Notes under the pieces: model-generated
Told to the model about the DNA's origin: nothing
Database searches by the model: none
The model's input: only the letters and a program-made list of their open reading frames with translations
Program-made: the position numbers and the translations under genes
Shown here: positions 35,241 through 43,725 of the stretch, piece by piece
Layout of the letters: each line of letters opens with the position of its first letter
Position numbering within the stretch: the first letter of the stretch is position 1
Source of the DNA: Deltaproteobacteria bacterium
GTDB lineage: Bacteria > Desulfobacterota_D > UBA1144 > Nemesobacterales > UBA2774
Reading direction: 5' to 3'
DNA: 64,000 nt
Assembly (NCBI GenBank): GCA_029262275.1
Contig: JAJCZS010000032.1
Span: forward strand, 5,623-69,622

Positions 35241-36950
35241 GTGAGTAGTGGGAGAGAAATAATGGATAGTCAGCAATTTGCAGATTTAGAACTCAAAACA
35301 ATCATTAGTTTGGCAGGAATGCCTCCTCAAAAAGATTTGGTTAATCCAAGAAAGCCTTTAGAGATGGCTAAAAAGGTTAGAGTTACTTTTAGACCATTGC
35401 CTCGCAATTATGGTAACCAAATTGTAATAAAATTCAGAGATAAACTTGAGAATAAATTAAGAGAGCACGGCGTTCAAGTAATCCCCTGGGATGAAGCAGC
35501 TGAATTACCTGATGACTTTTTATCCAAAGTTATGCGTACAAGAAAGGTAAAGAGGAACATTCATGCTGTTGTGGATGTAAAAAGAGATTATTCTCTGACA
35601 AGGACATTCTTAAGTGGTATAGCTGAGAGAATGTATGGTTATTTTCGAAAACCCGATATGTCCGTTATGGAGATTCTTAGAGTAAGCGGATGGGCTGATG
35701 ATTTTACTGCTAGATATGTGCAGGACCCTTTTAATACTCAGATTCTTACGCTTATGCCTTTAGAGCCGGAATTTGCTAACGAAAGTACTACATACGACCG
35801 CAAGATAGCAATAGGGATTCAGAACCTTATTTCGACCATGTCTGAAATAATTATGGGCATCGCCCCAGACAAGTTCTCCCTTGTTAACATGAATCTTTCA
35901 GACTCTATATATTTAAACGAGGGGATGGATGATTTTGTTTTGAATTCTTTAATACCAAAAATCTATGCGCCAATAAAACCACCTGTATTAAATCGTTTTA
36001 AGAAAGGGGAGTATGATCCTGAAGAGTCTGTTTTCCCTAAACAGTTGGCAGAATTGGGCAGGTCGATTAAATCTACCAACCTCTACCCACGGGGATCTAA
36101 ATTTAGTGAAAAAGTAAAAAGACAGTCCCACAAAGATGTTATTGAAAAAATTATGGAAGGTAGAACTGGTGTTTCCTACGGTTTTATAGCATTAGCTGAA
36201 GCTCCTGTGTATGAGGGGAAGGCTGTAATAACCAAAGCTACATGGGACAAACTCACAAAAGTGGAAAGTGTCGATGATGACTTGGTCAGAGAAAACAAAA
36301 AGGGTAGATGGTTTGTGCGAACTGTAATACGCGGAAAAGAAATTTTTCAGCAAGTGCCAGACATATGGATTACTACATCTCGTTCTGGTAGCGATAAGAC
36401 CAACCTCGATCCTAGTTCTGACATAGTTAGGATTGGCATAGTTAAAGGTAAGCTGCATTTAGAAACTCCAAGGGGAGTAGATCTTAATAGAAAGGATATT
36501 AGACCATCTTTTGATACTTATGTAATTCTCGCTCAAGCCCTTGCTTCAGCATTATATACTCCAGATCTTATCAAAAATGGCCTTCCGATACTTCATTTTC
36601 ATGGATACCCTGATCCAAGCTGGTTTGGAAAGAATGAATACCATTCAGGTGCTAGAAACCCATCACTTCCTTGTGGAACTGTTGAGGCTGCACTTCTTAA
36701 CTATTCGGCAATTTATGAGCTAGCTAATAAGAACGGCAAGGGTATGAAAATGCTTTGCCTTGTTGAGTCTGATCATGGAGTTAATATTATGGGTCTGGAT
36801 AAAGATCATATAATCAGCAGGCTTACTGATGGCGTAGATAAGGGGCATGTTAAATTAGGCGGTACATATTTGCCTGATCTTAAAAAAAGTAGCCTGATCC
36901 AAGAACAACAGGATGATATAGCTGAACAGAAAGCAAGTTCAGCAAATTAA
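35241..36950 (+). CDS. hypothetical protein, 569 aa, no recognisable domain
   Basis: Long ORF with a GGGAG-like RBS. Predicted soluble. I could not assign it to any family by eye. Confidence 0.5.
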   Translation: MSSGREIMDSQQFADLELKTIISLAGMPPQKDLVNPRKPLEMAKKVRVTFRPLPRNYGNQIVIKFRDKLENKLREHGVQVIPWDEAAELPDDFLSKVMRTRKVKRNIHAVVDVKRDYSLTRTFLSGIAERMYGYFRKPDMSVMEILRVSGWADDFTARYVQDPFNTQILTLMPLEPEFANESTTYDRKIAIGIQNLISTMSEIIMGIAPDKFSLVNMNLSDSIYLNEGMDDFVLNSLIPKIYAPIKPPVLNRFKKGEYDPEESVFPKQLAELGRSIKSTNLYPRGSKFSEKVKRQSHKDVIEKIMEGRTGVSYGFIALAEAPVYEGKAVITKATWDKLTKVESVDDDLVRENKKGRWFVRTVIRGKEIFQQVPDIWITTSRSGSDKTNLDPSSDIVRIGIVKGKLHLETPRGVDLNRKDIRPSFDTYVILAQALASALYTPDLIKNGLPILHFHGYPDPSWFGKNEYHSGARNPSLPCGTVEAALLNYSAIYELANKNGKGMKMLCLVESDHGVNIMGLDKDHIISRLTDGVDKGHVKLGGTYLPDLKKSSLIQEQQDDIAEQKASSAN

Positions 36951-37029
36951 TGTATATTTTTGTAAATTGAAAGACCTTTGGTATATTGATGCCTGATTTA
37001 ATCTAAAACACTAACAACTGGAATCTAAA

Positions 37030-37629
37030 ATGAGCGAAGCACAAGAAACTGCAAAAATTTATTTAGGACGTCATTGTAAGACAGATTGGAATTTAGAAGG
37101 GCGGCTTATAGGAACTATCGATCGTCCACTTTGTGATGTTGGCTGGGCTGAGATTGAAGAAACCTTTCCGCTTATTGAAGCACTCAACTTTGACAGAATT
37201 GTTACAAGCCCACTTAAAAGGGCGCATGACACTTCTAAATCCTATGCTGATAGAATTGGGATTCCCTTAGATATTCATCAAGACTTAAGAGAGCTCGATC
37301 ATGGAGACTGGAACGGGCAGAAATATGAAGATCTCCTTTCAGACCCTGAGAGTGATTTCTACAAATGGTGGAACGAGGCTGATGCTTCAATTCCACTTCC
37401 TAACGCTCCAGAAACCTTGGCAGAAGTACAGCAGCGCATAGTTCGCACAATAAGAGAGATAGCTCTTGCGTATCCTGGAGAGAAAGTTCTTGTTGTTATG
37501 CATAAGCATATTAGGTCTTTGCTCACTTGTTATTTGCTAGATCTGGATCTAAACCACTTTAGAGCAAATATCAACGAGACAGTTGAGCCTATTGAGTTTT
37601 CTGATGAAGACCTTCAAAAGCTTCTCTAA
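37030..37629 (+). CDS. histidine phosphatase (phosphoglycerate mutase-like) family protein
   Basis: N-terminal LGRHCKTDWN: the RHG motif has Cys in place of Gly. Confidence 0.7.
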   Translation: MSEAQETAKIYLGRHCKTDWNLEGRLIGTIDRPLCDVGWAEIEETFPLIEALNFDRIVTSPLKRAHDTSKSYADRIGIPLDIHQDLRELDHGDWNGQKYEDLLSDPESDFYKWWNEADASIPLPNAPETLAEVQQRIVRTIREIALAYPGEKVLVVMHKHIRSLLTCYLLDLDLNHFRANINETVEPIEFSDEDLQKLL

Positions 37630-37646
37630 ACTAATATAATTCCCCT

Positions 37647-38072
37647 ATGGCCCAAGAGGAAAAAAATAAATCTATAGTCAGGCGTTTGATCGAAGAGGCG
37701 TTTAACAAGCGGAATTTAGAAATCCTGCCAGACCTTCTCCATAAGGATTTTGTAAACCATAACGATCTGCTTCCCGTTGATAACAAGAAAGGCCCGGCTG
37801 TCTTTGTAGAGTTATATACAAAAATGTGGGAGACCTTTCCAGACATTAAGATTCATAACCATCTTATGATTGCCAATGGCGATCTGGTAGTAATTCATGA
37901 TACTTTAAGTGGTACCAATACCGGTCCTCTACCCGACGGCAAGCCCGCTACGGGTAAATCAGTCAAGTTTGAGGCGATTAATATCTTGCGCATTCAGGAT
38001 GGCAAAGTAATAGAACGCTGGGGTGTATCTGATAATTTTGCAATGATGCGACAGCTAGGACAGATTGAGTGA
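37647..38072 (+). CDS. SnoaL-like ester/polyketide cyclase family protein
   Basis: About 140 aa with an N-terminus of the form SIVRRLIEEAFNKRNLEILPDLLHKDFVNH. Confidence 0.65.
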   Translation: MAQEEKNKSIVRRLIEEAFNKRNLEILPDLLHKDFVNHNDLLPVDNKKGPAVFVELYTKMWETFPDIKIHNHLMIANGDLVVIHDTLSGTNTGPLPDGKPATGKSVKFEAINILRIQDGKVIERWGVSDNFAMMRQLGQIE

Positions 38073-38080
38073 TTAAATAT

Positions 38081-38176
38081 AATAATTTCACTGTAAACAT
38101 TTTATAACTTAAGAGCAAAGTAAATCTTCACCTAAACGGCGAGCTGGCGGAACGGCGATTGCACCGGTCTTGAAAA
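38081..38176 (+). repeat. diverged direct repeat (copy A) of the tRNA-Ser upstream region plus tRNA 5' half
   Basis: Roughly 85-90% identical to 40081..40181; ends exactly in the anticodon loop (cttgaaaa). Confidence 0.7.
38138..38176 (+). pseudogene. tRNA-Ser 5' half fragment (positions 1-39, ending in the anticodon loop)
   Basis: GGCGAGCTGGCGGAACGGCGATTGCACCGGTCTTGAAAA aligns with positions 1-39 of the intact tRNA-Ser at 40143, with 2 mismatches. No 3' half is present. Confidence 0.6.
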
Positions 38177-38479
38177 TCTATTTTTACAATCTCAAGTGTT
38201 TAAGTCTGAATAAAAAAGTTAAAGAAAAAGCCTTGTTTCATAGCAGCTTACGAAGGTCCAAGACAACATTGCTTAAATAGTCTTTAACCCATTTCTATTA
38301 AAAAATACCACCAATTTTGGTCAATATAGAAATTCAATGAAACTTAAAAACTGCTTTTTTTAATTTCTAGGATTTGTAGATGAATTGTTTAAAAAAAATA
38401 TTATTACCTCCCTGCTAACTGGACCTGTTTCTAAAGGCTTGAAAAATATATGATAGAGAAGTATGATATGTGATATGTT

Positions 38480-38497
38480 AATATATTTAAATATATT
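38480..38497. promoter_or_regulatory. perfect 18-bp AT palindrome AATATATTTAAATATATT in the AT-rich leader of IPTL paralog 2
   Basis: Read from the sequence. TGATATG tandem repeats flank it and two 18-nt direct repeats TCTTTYGAAAGTRTTT lie downstream (38505-38560). Confidence 0.35.
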
Positions 38498-38591
38498 GTA
38501 GCGAATATCTTTCGAAAGTGTTTCGTAACAAAATCTCTTTTGAAAGTATTTGAAAAATAGTATTAACATAATTAAAATTCAGGAGGGTAAT

Positions 38592-39968
38592 ATGAATAAA
38601 AGTCTTCTTTTAGTTTTGTTAGCCCTGGTTTTTGCTTTAGGACTGAGCAAAAATTCAGAAGCAGAATGTTTTAACACCGGTGTGACTTTTGATGGTGGGA
38701 ATGTTATAAATTGTTCGCTTCCCGTACAGACGTCTCCGGTTGGTCTGGCACTGAACCCACCTTTTGCTAATACAACCGTTATGACTGAGGAAGTCACTGT
38801 TGACGTAGGAGCAGGAATTATCGTTAATGGACTAGCATCGGGAGCCATGAATCTCTCTGGTGGACCTGATGTTGTTACCACAAGCGGAAACTTCATAAGT
38901 GATTTCGGAGTTGGTTTGGGTACAAGTTCAGGCGGTGATACCGTTTTTATGAACGGGGGAATAATAAGATGTACTGACCCTGTTGCTAATGGTTTTCTTC
39001 CTGCTGGCGTGTTCATGGGAGGTGCAAATGACCTCTTCCAATTAAACGACGGGCTTATAGAATCTACTACGGCCTTTCCAGCAATAAACACTCACCAAAA
39101 CAATGATATTATAGAGTGTAACGGTGGAACTATTACCGGAGCTGTAGTAGCAATCGAAATGTTTAGTGGTAATGACACCTTGATTGTAGATGGTTGTACA
39201 ATTAATGGAGAAATACAGATGGGTACCACAGATGATCTTGTTACACTATATTCCGGTACTCTTAATGTTCCTTTTCTTCGTATGGAGCAAGGTATAGACA
39301 CCGTCAATATAGCTGGTGATGTTGATACAGGAGGAGTTATACTTGGTGGCGGTGGCGGCGGTATTGGTGACACGCTTATATTTTCAATGAATGTACCTAT
39401 AGATCAGGTTGTGCCTCTAACAGCTCAAATTAATGCTTCCAACCCTGCTGATGACAACATTACTATAAACGGCATCCAATATGTATGGACAACCTTTGAA
39501 AACCTAGTAGCAAACTTGAACGGCGTAGTAAGCACAATGACGCTAAGTCCTATTGGAGCAGTTAATCCATTAGATACTGACCATACTGTCACAGCTACAA
39601 TCTCCTCTTCAGTTGGACCACCGGCTGATGTTATTGTTACTTTTACGGTCGACTCAGGACCTAACTCGGGCATAGATAGTGGATCAGAAGGAACATGCTC
39701 TCCAAATCCTGACTGTTCAACTGATGCAAACGGACAAGTATCATGGAGCTATACAGGCACTTTAGAGGCTGGGGTGGGTACTGATACAATTGTTGCGACA
39801 GTTGATGATCAATTTATCGGCATGATAACCTCAAACACTGCTGAGAAAGATTGGGTATTCCCTTTAAGAGATGTTCCAACACTGAGTGAGTGGGGACTAA
39901 TTGCAATGGCTGGTCTTCTTGGAATAGTTGGATTTATGGTAATGAGAAGAAGAAAAGTAGCTGTTTAA
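38592..39968 (+). CDS. secreted repeat protein with IPTL-type C-terminal sorting signal (paralog 2, with extra Ig-like insert)
   Basis: ATG at 38592 after AGGAGGG, with a signal peptide. The same [ST]G[GN]D[DT] repeat pattern as paralog 1. A conserved pre-tail module (GDTLIFSMNVP...ITINGIQYVW). The tail VPTLSEWGLIAMAGLLGIVGFMVMRRRKVAV. Confidence 0.75.
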   Translation: MNKSLLLVLLALVFALGLSKNSEAECFNTGVTFDGGNVINCSLPVQTSPVGLALNPPFANTTVMTEEVTVDVGAGIIVNGLASGAMNLSGGPDVVTTSGNFISDFGVGLGTSSGGDTVFMNGGIIRCTDPVANGFLPAGVFMGGANDLFQLNDGLIESTTAFPAINTHQNNDIIECNGGTITGAVVAIEMFSGNDTLIVDGCTINGEIQMGTTDDLVTLYSGTLNVPFLRMEQGIDTVNIAGDVDTGGVILGGGGGGIGDTLIFSMNVPIDQVVPLTAQINASNPADDNITINGIQYVWTTFENLVANLNGVVSTMTLSPIGAVNPLDTDHTVTATISSSVGPPADVIVTFTVDSGPNSGIDSGSEGTCSPNPDCSTDANGQVSWSYTGTLEAGVGTDTIVATVDDQFIGMITSNTAEKDWVFPLRDVPTLSEWGLIAMAGLLGIVGFMVMRRRKVAV

Positions 39969-39996
39969 ATTTAAAGACAAAACGTTTAAAAATTAA

Positions 39997-40018
39997 GGGG
40001 AGCTTCGGCTCCCTTTTT
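39997..40018 (+). terminator. rho-independent terminator after IPTL paralog 2
   Basis: GGGAGC-ttcg-GCTCCC (UUCG tetraloop) followed by TTTTT. Confidence 0.75.
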
Positions 40019-40080
40019 ATTTCTAAAATCCTAAATCGAACTGAAATCGCTGTTGATAGCCTATTCTCTAATAACACAGT

Positions 40081-40181
40081 AATAATTATGCTTTACTGTA
40101 CACATTTTATAACTTAAGGGTATAATAAATCTTCACCTATACGGAGAGCTGGCAGAACGGCGATTGCACCGGTCTTGAAAA
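40081..40181 (+). repeat. direct repeat (copy B): tRNA-Ser promoter region plus 5' half
   Basis: Partner of 38081..38176; contains a TATAAT -10 element 7 nt upstream of the tRNA 5' end. Confidence 0.7.
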
Positions 40182-40228
40182 CCGGCGTCCTTACGGACTT
40201 GGGGGTTCGAATCCCTCGCTCTCCGCCA
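40143..40228 (+). tRNA. tRNA-Ser (anticodon UGA), class II with long variable arm, encoded CCA
   Basis: Manual fold: acceptor GGAGAGC/GCTCTCC, D-arm GCAG-AACGGCGA-TTGC, anticodon stem CCGGT/ACCGG, loop CTTGAAA, variable arm GTCC-TTAC-GGAC, T-arm GGGGG-TTCGAAT-CCCTC, discriminator G, CCA. Confidence 0.9.
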
Positions 40229-40310
40229 CTTTTCATCTTTTACCTAGCTTGACTTTTTTTCGCTGAAGTTGTTTAATTGAAACTACATCTACCTTAGAAG
40301 GAGGGTTATT

Positions 40311-40829
40311 ATGAGATCTACAAATTTTGCATATTTAGTTGTATTAACTGTCGGAGTTTTCTTGTTTACTTTTGGTATAGCAATTGCCCAACCGGACGAT
40401 AAAAAAGCACCTGAGGCAGCTCCGCCACCAACTTGTGACGGAAAAGTAGCTACAATCGTAGGAACAGATGGTAATGATGTGTTAACTGGAACTGACAACG
40501 ATGATGTGATTGTTGGATTAGGCGGAAACGATACGATTAGTGGAAAAAAAGGTAAAGATTACATCTGCGGCGGGGATGGTAATGACACCATACAAGGCAA
40601 CAAAGGTCCTGACAAGATCTACGGTGATGCCGGGGATGACAATATTCAGGGTAACCGTGGGCTTGACGTAGTATATGGCGGTGAAGGTAATGATACTCTT
40701 GAAGGTAATGAAGGAGATGATTTTCTTGATGGCGGACCTGGATCCGACAACCTTGACGGCGGAGATGGGGTAGATAAGTGTCTGAATGCTGAGCAGTGGA
40801 AGAACTGTGATGGATCAGGTGGTATGTAA
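40311..40829 (+). CDS. small Sec-signal calcium-binding RTX (beta-roll) repeat protein
   Basis: Signal peptide followed by about ten tandem nonapeptide repeats (GGNDTISGKKGKDYICGGDGNDTIQGNKGPDKIYGDAGDDNIQGNRGLDVVYGGEGNDTLEGNEGDD...). Confidence 0.65.
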   Translation: MRSTNFAYLVVLTVGVFLFTFGIAIAQPDDKKAPEAAPPPTCDGKVATIVGTDGNDVLTGTDNDDVIVGLGGNDTISGKKGKDYICGGDGNDTIQGNKGPDKIYGDAGDDNIQGNRGLDVVYGGEGNDTLEGNEGDDFLDGGPGSDNLDGGDGVDKCLNAEQWKNCDGSGGM

Positions 40830-40846
40830 TCCTATCGATATAGGTT

Positions 40847-41680
40847 ATGAGTTCCAAGCTTTACATTGTTTCCACACCTATTGGAAACCTTGAGGATATT
40901 ACGCTCAGGGCTCTGAGTACTTTAAAAGAAGTTGATCTAATTGCTTGTGAGGACACCAGAACTTCGGGGAAGCTTCTATCTCACTATGGGATAAAGAAGC
41001 CTCTTGTAAGCTATCACGAGCACAATGAAGCAGAGAAATCAAAAGAACTGCTTGCTCTGCTTCAAGATGGCAAAAGCATTGCTATAGTCACAGATGCCGG
41101 CACGCCCGGGGTATCCGACCCCGGTTTCAGAATAGTTAAATTAGCCTCTGAAAACGGAATCTCAGTAATCCCGATTCCTGGAGCCTCAGCTGCTATAGCA
41201 GCGCTTAGTGTTTCGGGACTTCCAACCTCAGGCTTTGTATTCCTTGGTTTTCCACCCAGACAAAGTAAGCGCTTGAATGAATATTTGCTAAAAATAAAAG
41301 ATTACGCTGAGACACTCATTTTCTATGAGTCTCCAAGGAGGGTTGTTAAAACTCTCGAGGCGATGACCCATGTGTTTGGAGAGAGAAAAGCTTCAGTTAG
41401 CCGTGAGATTACCAAGATGTATGAAGAGACTTTGAGAGGAACACTCTCTGAGATTAAATCTGATCTTGAAATTAGAGACAGCATAAAAGGCGAATTCACT
41501 ATGGTTGTAGAAGGCGCCTCAAATGATAAGGACGAGTTTGATTCTGAGACTGTCGACAAACTCCTCAGGGTACTCAATAAAGAAGGGTTATCATTAAAAG
41601 ATGCTGTGAAGCAGATCACAGCTGACAGCGGAATATCTAAAAGTAAAATTTATAAAAAGGCGCTTGAAATCTGGAAATAA
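40847..41680 (+). CDS. rsmI: 16S rRNA (cytidine1402-2'-O)-methyltransferase
   Basis: LYIVSTPIGNLEDITLRALSTLKEVDLIACEDTR tetrapyrrole-methylase-like N-terminus typical of RsmI. Confidence 0.9.
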   Translation: MSSKLYIVSTPIGNLEDITLRALSTLKEVDLIACEDTRTSGKLLSHYGIKKPLVSYHEHNEAEKSKELLALLQDGKSIAIVTDAGTPGVSDPGFRIVKLASENGISVIPIPGASAAIAALSVSGLPTSGFVFLGFPPRQSKRLNEYLLKIKDYAETLIFYESPRRVVKTLEAMTHVFGERKASVSREITKMYEETLRGTLSEIKSDLEIRDSIKGEFTMVVEGASNDKDEFDSETVDKLLRVLNKEGLSLKDAVKQITADSGISKSKIYKKALEIWK

Positions 41681-41705
41681 CAATTTTTTAGGCTAGGCAC
41701 CCGAT

Positions 41706-41888
41706 CTACTTATCTAAATGTTTTTTTACAATCTTATCCTTCTCTACCTCAGAACCCACATTGAGCTGCTTTTCCATTTTCTGTTTCTTATGAGCCGCCT
41801 CACCCTGCACATTAGACTTGCAGGATTCACAAATGGATTCTTCAGATGGCTTTCCACAGAGCATGCATTTTTTTGGCTTTTCAGTCAT
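41706..41888 (-). CDS. small zinc-ribbon protein (CxxC...CxxC)
   Basis: 60-aa ORF KKCMLCGKPSEESICESCK, Lys-rich. It is the only plausible ORF in the rsmI-gatA gap. The coding status is uncertain. Confidence 0.35.
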   Translation of the reverse strand: MTEKPKKCMLCGKPSEESICESCKSNVQGEAAHKKQKMEKQLNVGSEVEKDKIVKKHLDK

Positions 41889-41944
41889 TTATCTACTCCT
41901 ACCTCTAAATTGTACTGATTATAGTTTGTTTCGAAAGTTCTATG

Positions 41945-43405
41945 TCAAACTTCAGGATGTTTCTTGCTCCAATCAGTATTATTCTCATAGGCGTGAGCCA
42001 CATGAAGAACCGTCTCTTCATCAAATGGTTTCCCAAGCACTTGAATGCCAATAGGTAGGCCATCTGAGGAGAATCCGCAAGGGACTGAAATCCCAGGAAG
42101 CCCTGCTATATTACAGGGTATGGTAAGTACGTCAGACAAGTACATTTTTATCGGATCTTGAGTCTTCTCTCCAATCTTAAAAGCCACCTCAGGTGTAGTG
42201 GGTGCTACAATAGCGTCTACTTTCTCAAAAGCCTCATCAAAATCTTTTTTGATGAGAGTTCTTACGCGCTGAGCTTTTAAGTAATAGGCGTCATAGTATC
42301 CAGAGGAGAGAGCATAAGTGCCGAGCATAATTCTTCTCTTCACTTCATCTCCAAAACCCTGCGCTCTGGTTTTAAAGTACATATCTCTTAAAGATTCAGC
42401 ACCTTCAGCCCTAAATCCATATTTTACTCCGTCATATCTTGCTAAGTTTGAGCTTGCCTCGGATGGAGCGATTATGTAGTAGGTCAAAACTGCGTATTCA
42501 GTGTGCGGGAGGGATATCTCCATTATCTCTGCACCCAGGTTCTCAATCTCAGATATAGCTTTTCTAGATGCTTCTTCAACATCCCTATCCATGCCCTCAA
42601 CAAAGTATTCTTTGGGAATTCCAATTTTTAAACCTTGAAGGCCTTCTTTTAGGGATTTCGTATAATCAGGCACTGGAACATTCGCACACGTAGAATCTCT
42701 TGGGTCGGGCCCCGAGATTGCGTTTAAAATAAGTGCTGTATCCTCAACAGTTTTTGTGATTGGTCCTGCTTGATCGAGTGATGATGCAAACGCTATCATG
42801 CCAAATCTACTTACGCGTCCATAGGTTGGCTTCATCCCGACTACCCCACAAAGTGAGGCCGGCTGTCTTATTGACCCTCCAGTGTCGGTCCCTACAGATC
42901 CCAGACAAAGAGACGCTGATGTAGCAGAAGCTGAACCCCCGCTTGATCCTCCAGGAACTCTTTCTATGTCCCACGGATTTGCAGTTGGGCCGAAATATGA
43001 AGTCTCGGTAGATGAACCCATAGCAAACTCGTCCATATTGTTTTTGCCAACAATAACAGCTCCTGAGTCTATGAGCTTTTTTGTTACTGTAGCGTCATAT
43101 GGGGGAATAAAATTCTCAAGCATCTTTGAGCCGCATGTAGTAGTTATGTTTTTAGTAATAAATATGTCTTTTAGACCAAGAGGAATACCGTGGAGTGGTC
43201 CTAAGTAATTTCCAGAAGATATTTCTTCTTCTGCTTTTTTTGCAGACTCAACCGCCTTTTCTGAAAGTACAGTAATATAGGTGTTAAGCTTCTTATCCTT
43301 GTCCTCAATTCTATCCAATATAGATTTGGTAAGCTCAACTGGAGATAGCTCTTTTGTTTTAATTAACTCTGATGCTTCTTTAATGGTAAGAAATGCTGGT
43401 TCCAT
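41945..43405 (-). CDS. gatA: Asp-tRNA(Asn)/Glu-tRNA(Gln) amidotransferase subunit A
   Basis: Amidase signature [10 protein letters not shown] and a Ser-cisSer-Lys triad region. Confidence 0.95.
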   Translation of the reverse strand: MEPAFLTIKEASELIKTKELSPVELTKSILDRIEDKDKKLNTYITVLSEKAVESAKKAEEEISSGNYLGPLHGIPLGLKDIFITKNITTTCGSKMLENFIPPYDATVTKKLIDSGAVIVGKNNMDEFAMGSSTETSYFGPTANPWDIERVPGGSSGGSASATSASLCLGSVGTDTGGSIRQPASLCGVVGMKPTYGRVSRFGMIAFASSLDQAGPITKTVEDTALILNAISGPDPRDSTCANVPVPDYTKSLKEGLQGLKIGIPKEYFVEGMDRDVEEASRKAISEIENLGAEIMEISLPHTEYAVLTYYIIAPSEASSNLARYDGVKYGFRAEGAESLRDMYFKTRAQGFGDEVKRRIMLGTYALSSGYYDAYYLKAQRVRTLIKKDFDEAFEKVDAIVAPTTPEVAFKIGEKTQDPIKMYLSDVLTIPCNIAGLPGISVPCGFSSDGLPIGIQVLGKPFDEETVLHVAHAYENNTDWSKKHPEV

Positions 43406-43419
43406 ATAGATATAACTCC

Positions 43420-43710
43420 TTAGTCTTCGATCACTTGTGGGACAACAAAGAAATCATCTTCGCTCTCAGGCGCGTTTTGAAGAACTTCCTCTATTGTTAA
43501 CATTTTATCGACCTTGTCTTCTCTAAGAGGTGTTGAGATGTCGAGCACGTGCGAGGTGGGCTCAACATTATCTGTATCTAGTTCATTTAGTTTCTCTACA
43601 TGTTCTAGTATATTTCCTAACTGTTCAGTGAATTTCTGAACATCTTGTTCTTTAAATTCCAGTCTTGCAAGCTCGGCTACTTTTACTACATCCTCTTTAG
43701 ATATTTTCAT
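43420..43710 (-). CDS. gatC: Asp-tRNA(Asn)/Glu-tRNA(Gln) amidotransferase subunit C
   Basis: 96 aa, [23 protein letters not shown], immediately upstream of gatA. Confidence 0.85.
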   Translation of the reverse strand: MKISKEDVVKVAELARLEFKEQDVQKFTEQLGNILEHVEKLNELDTDNVEPTSHVLDISTPLREDKVDKMLTIEEVLQNAPESEDDFFVVPQVIED

Positions 43711-43725
43711 GTTTGCTCCTTATAA

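Noticed and set aside
38360-38569. 69-aa minus-strand ORF in the AT-rich leader of IPTL paralog 2
   Set aside because: Very AT-rich with low-complexity translation (Ile/Phe/Asn/Lys-rich) and no RBS. More likely a regulatory leader.
40537-40857. 106-aa His/Arg-rich ORF antisense to the RTX gene, and the 38579-39373 antisense ORFs inside IPTL gene 2
   Set aside because: Antisense reading of repetitive GGNGND-coding DNA produces long open frames by chance. The sense-strand genes have signal peptides, RBSs and terminators.
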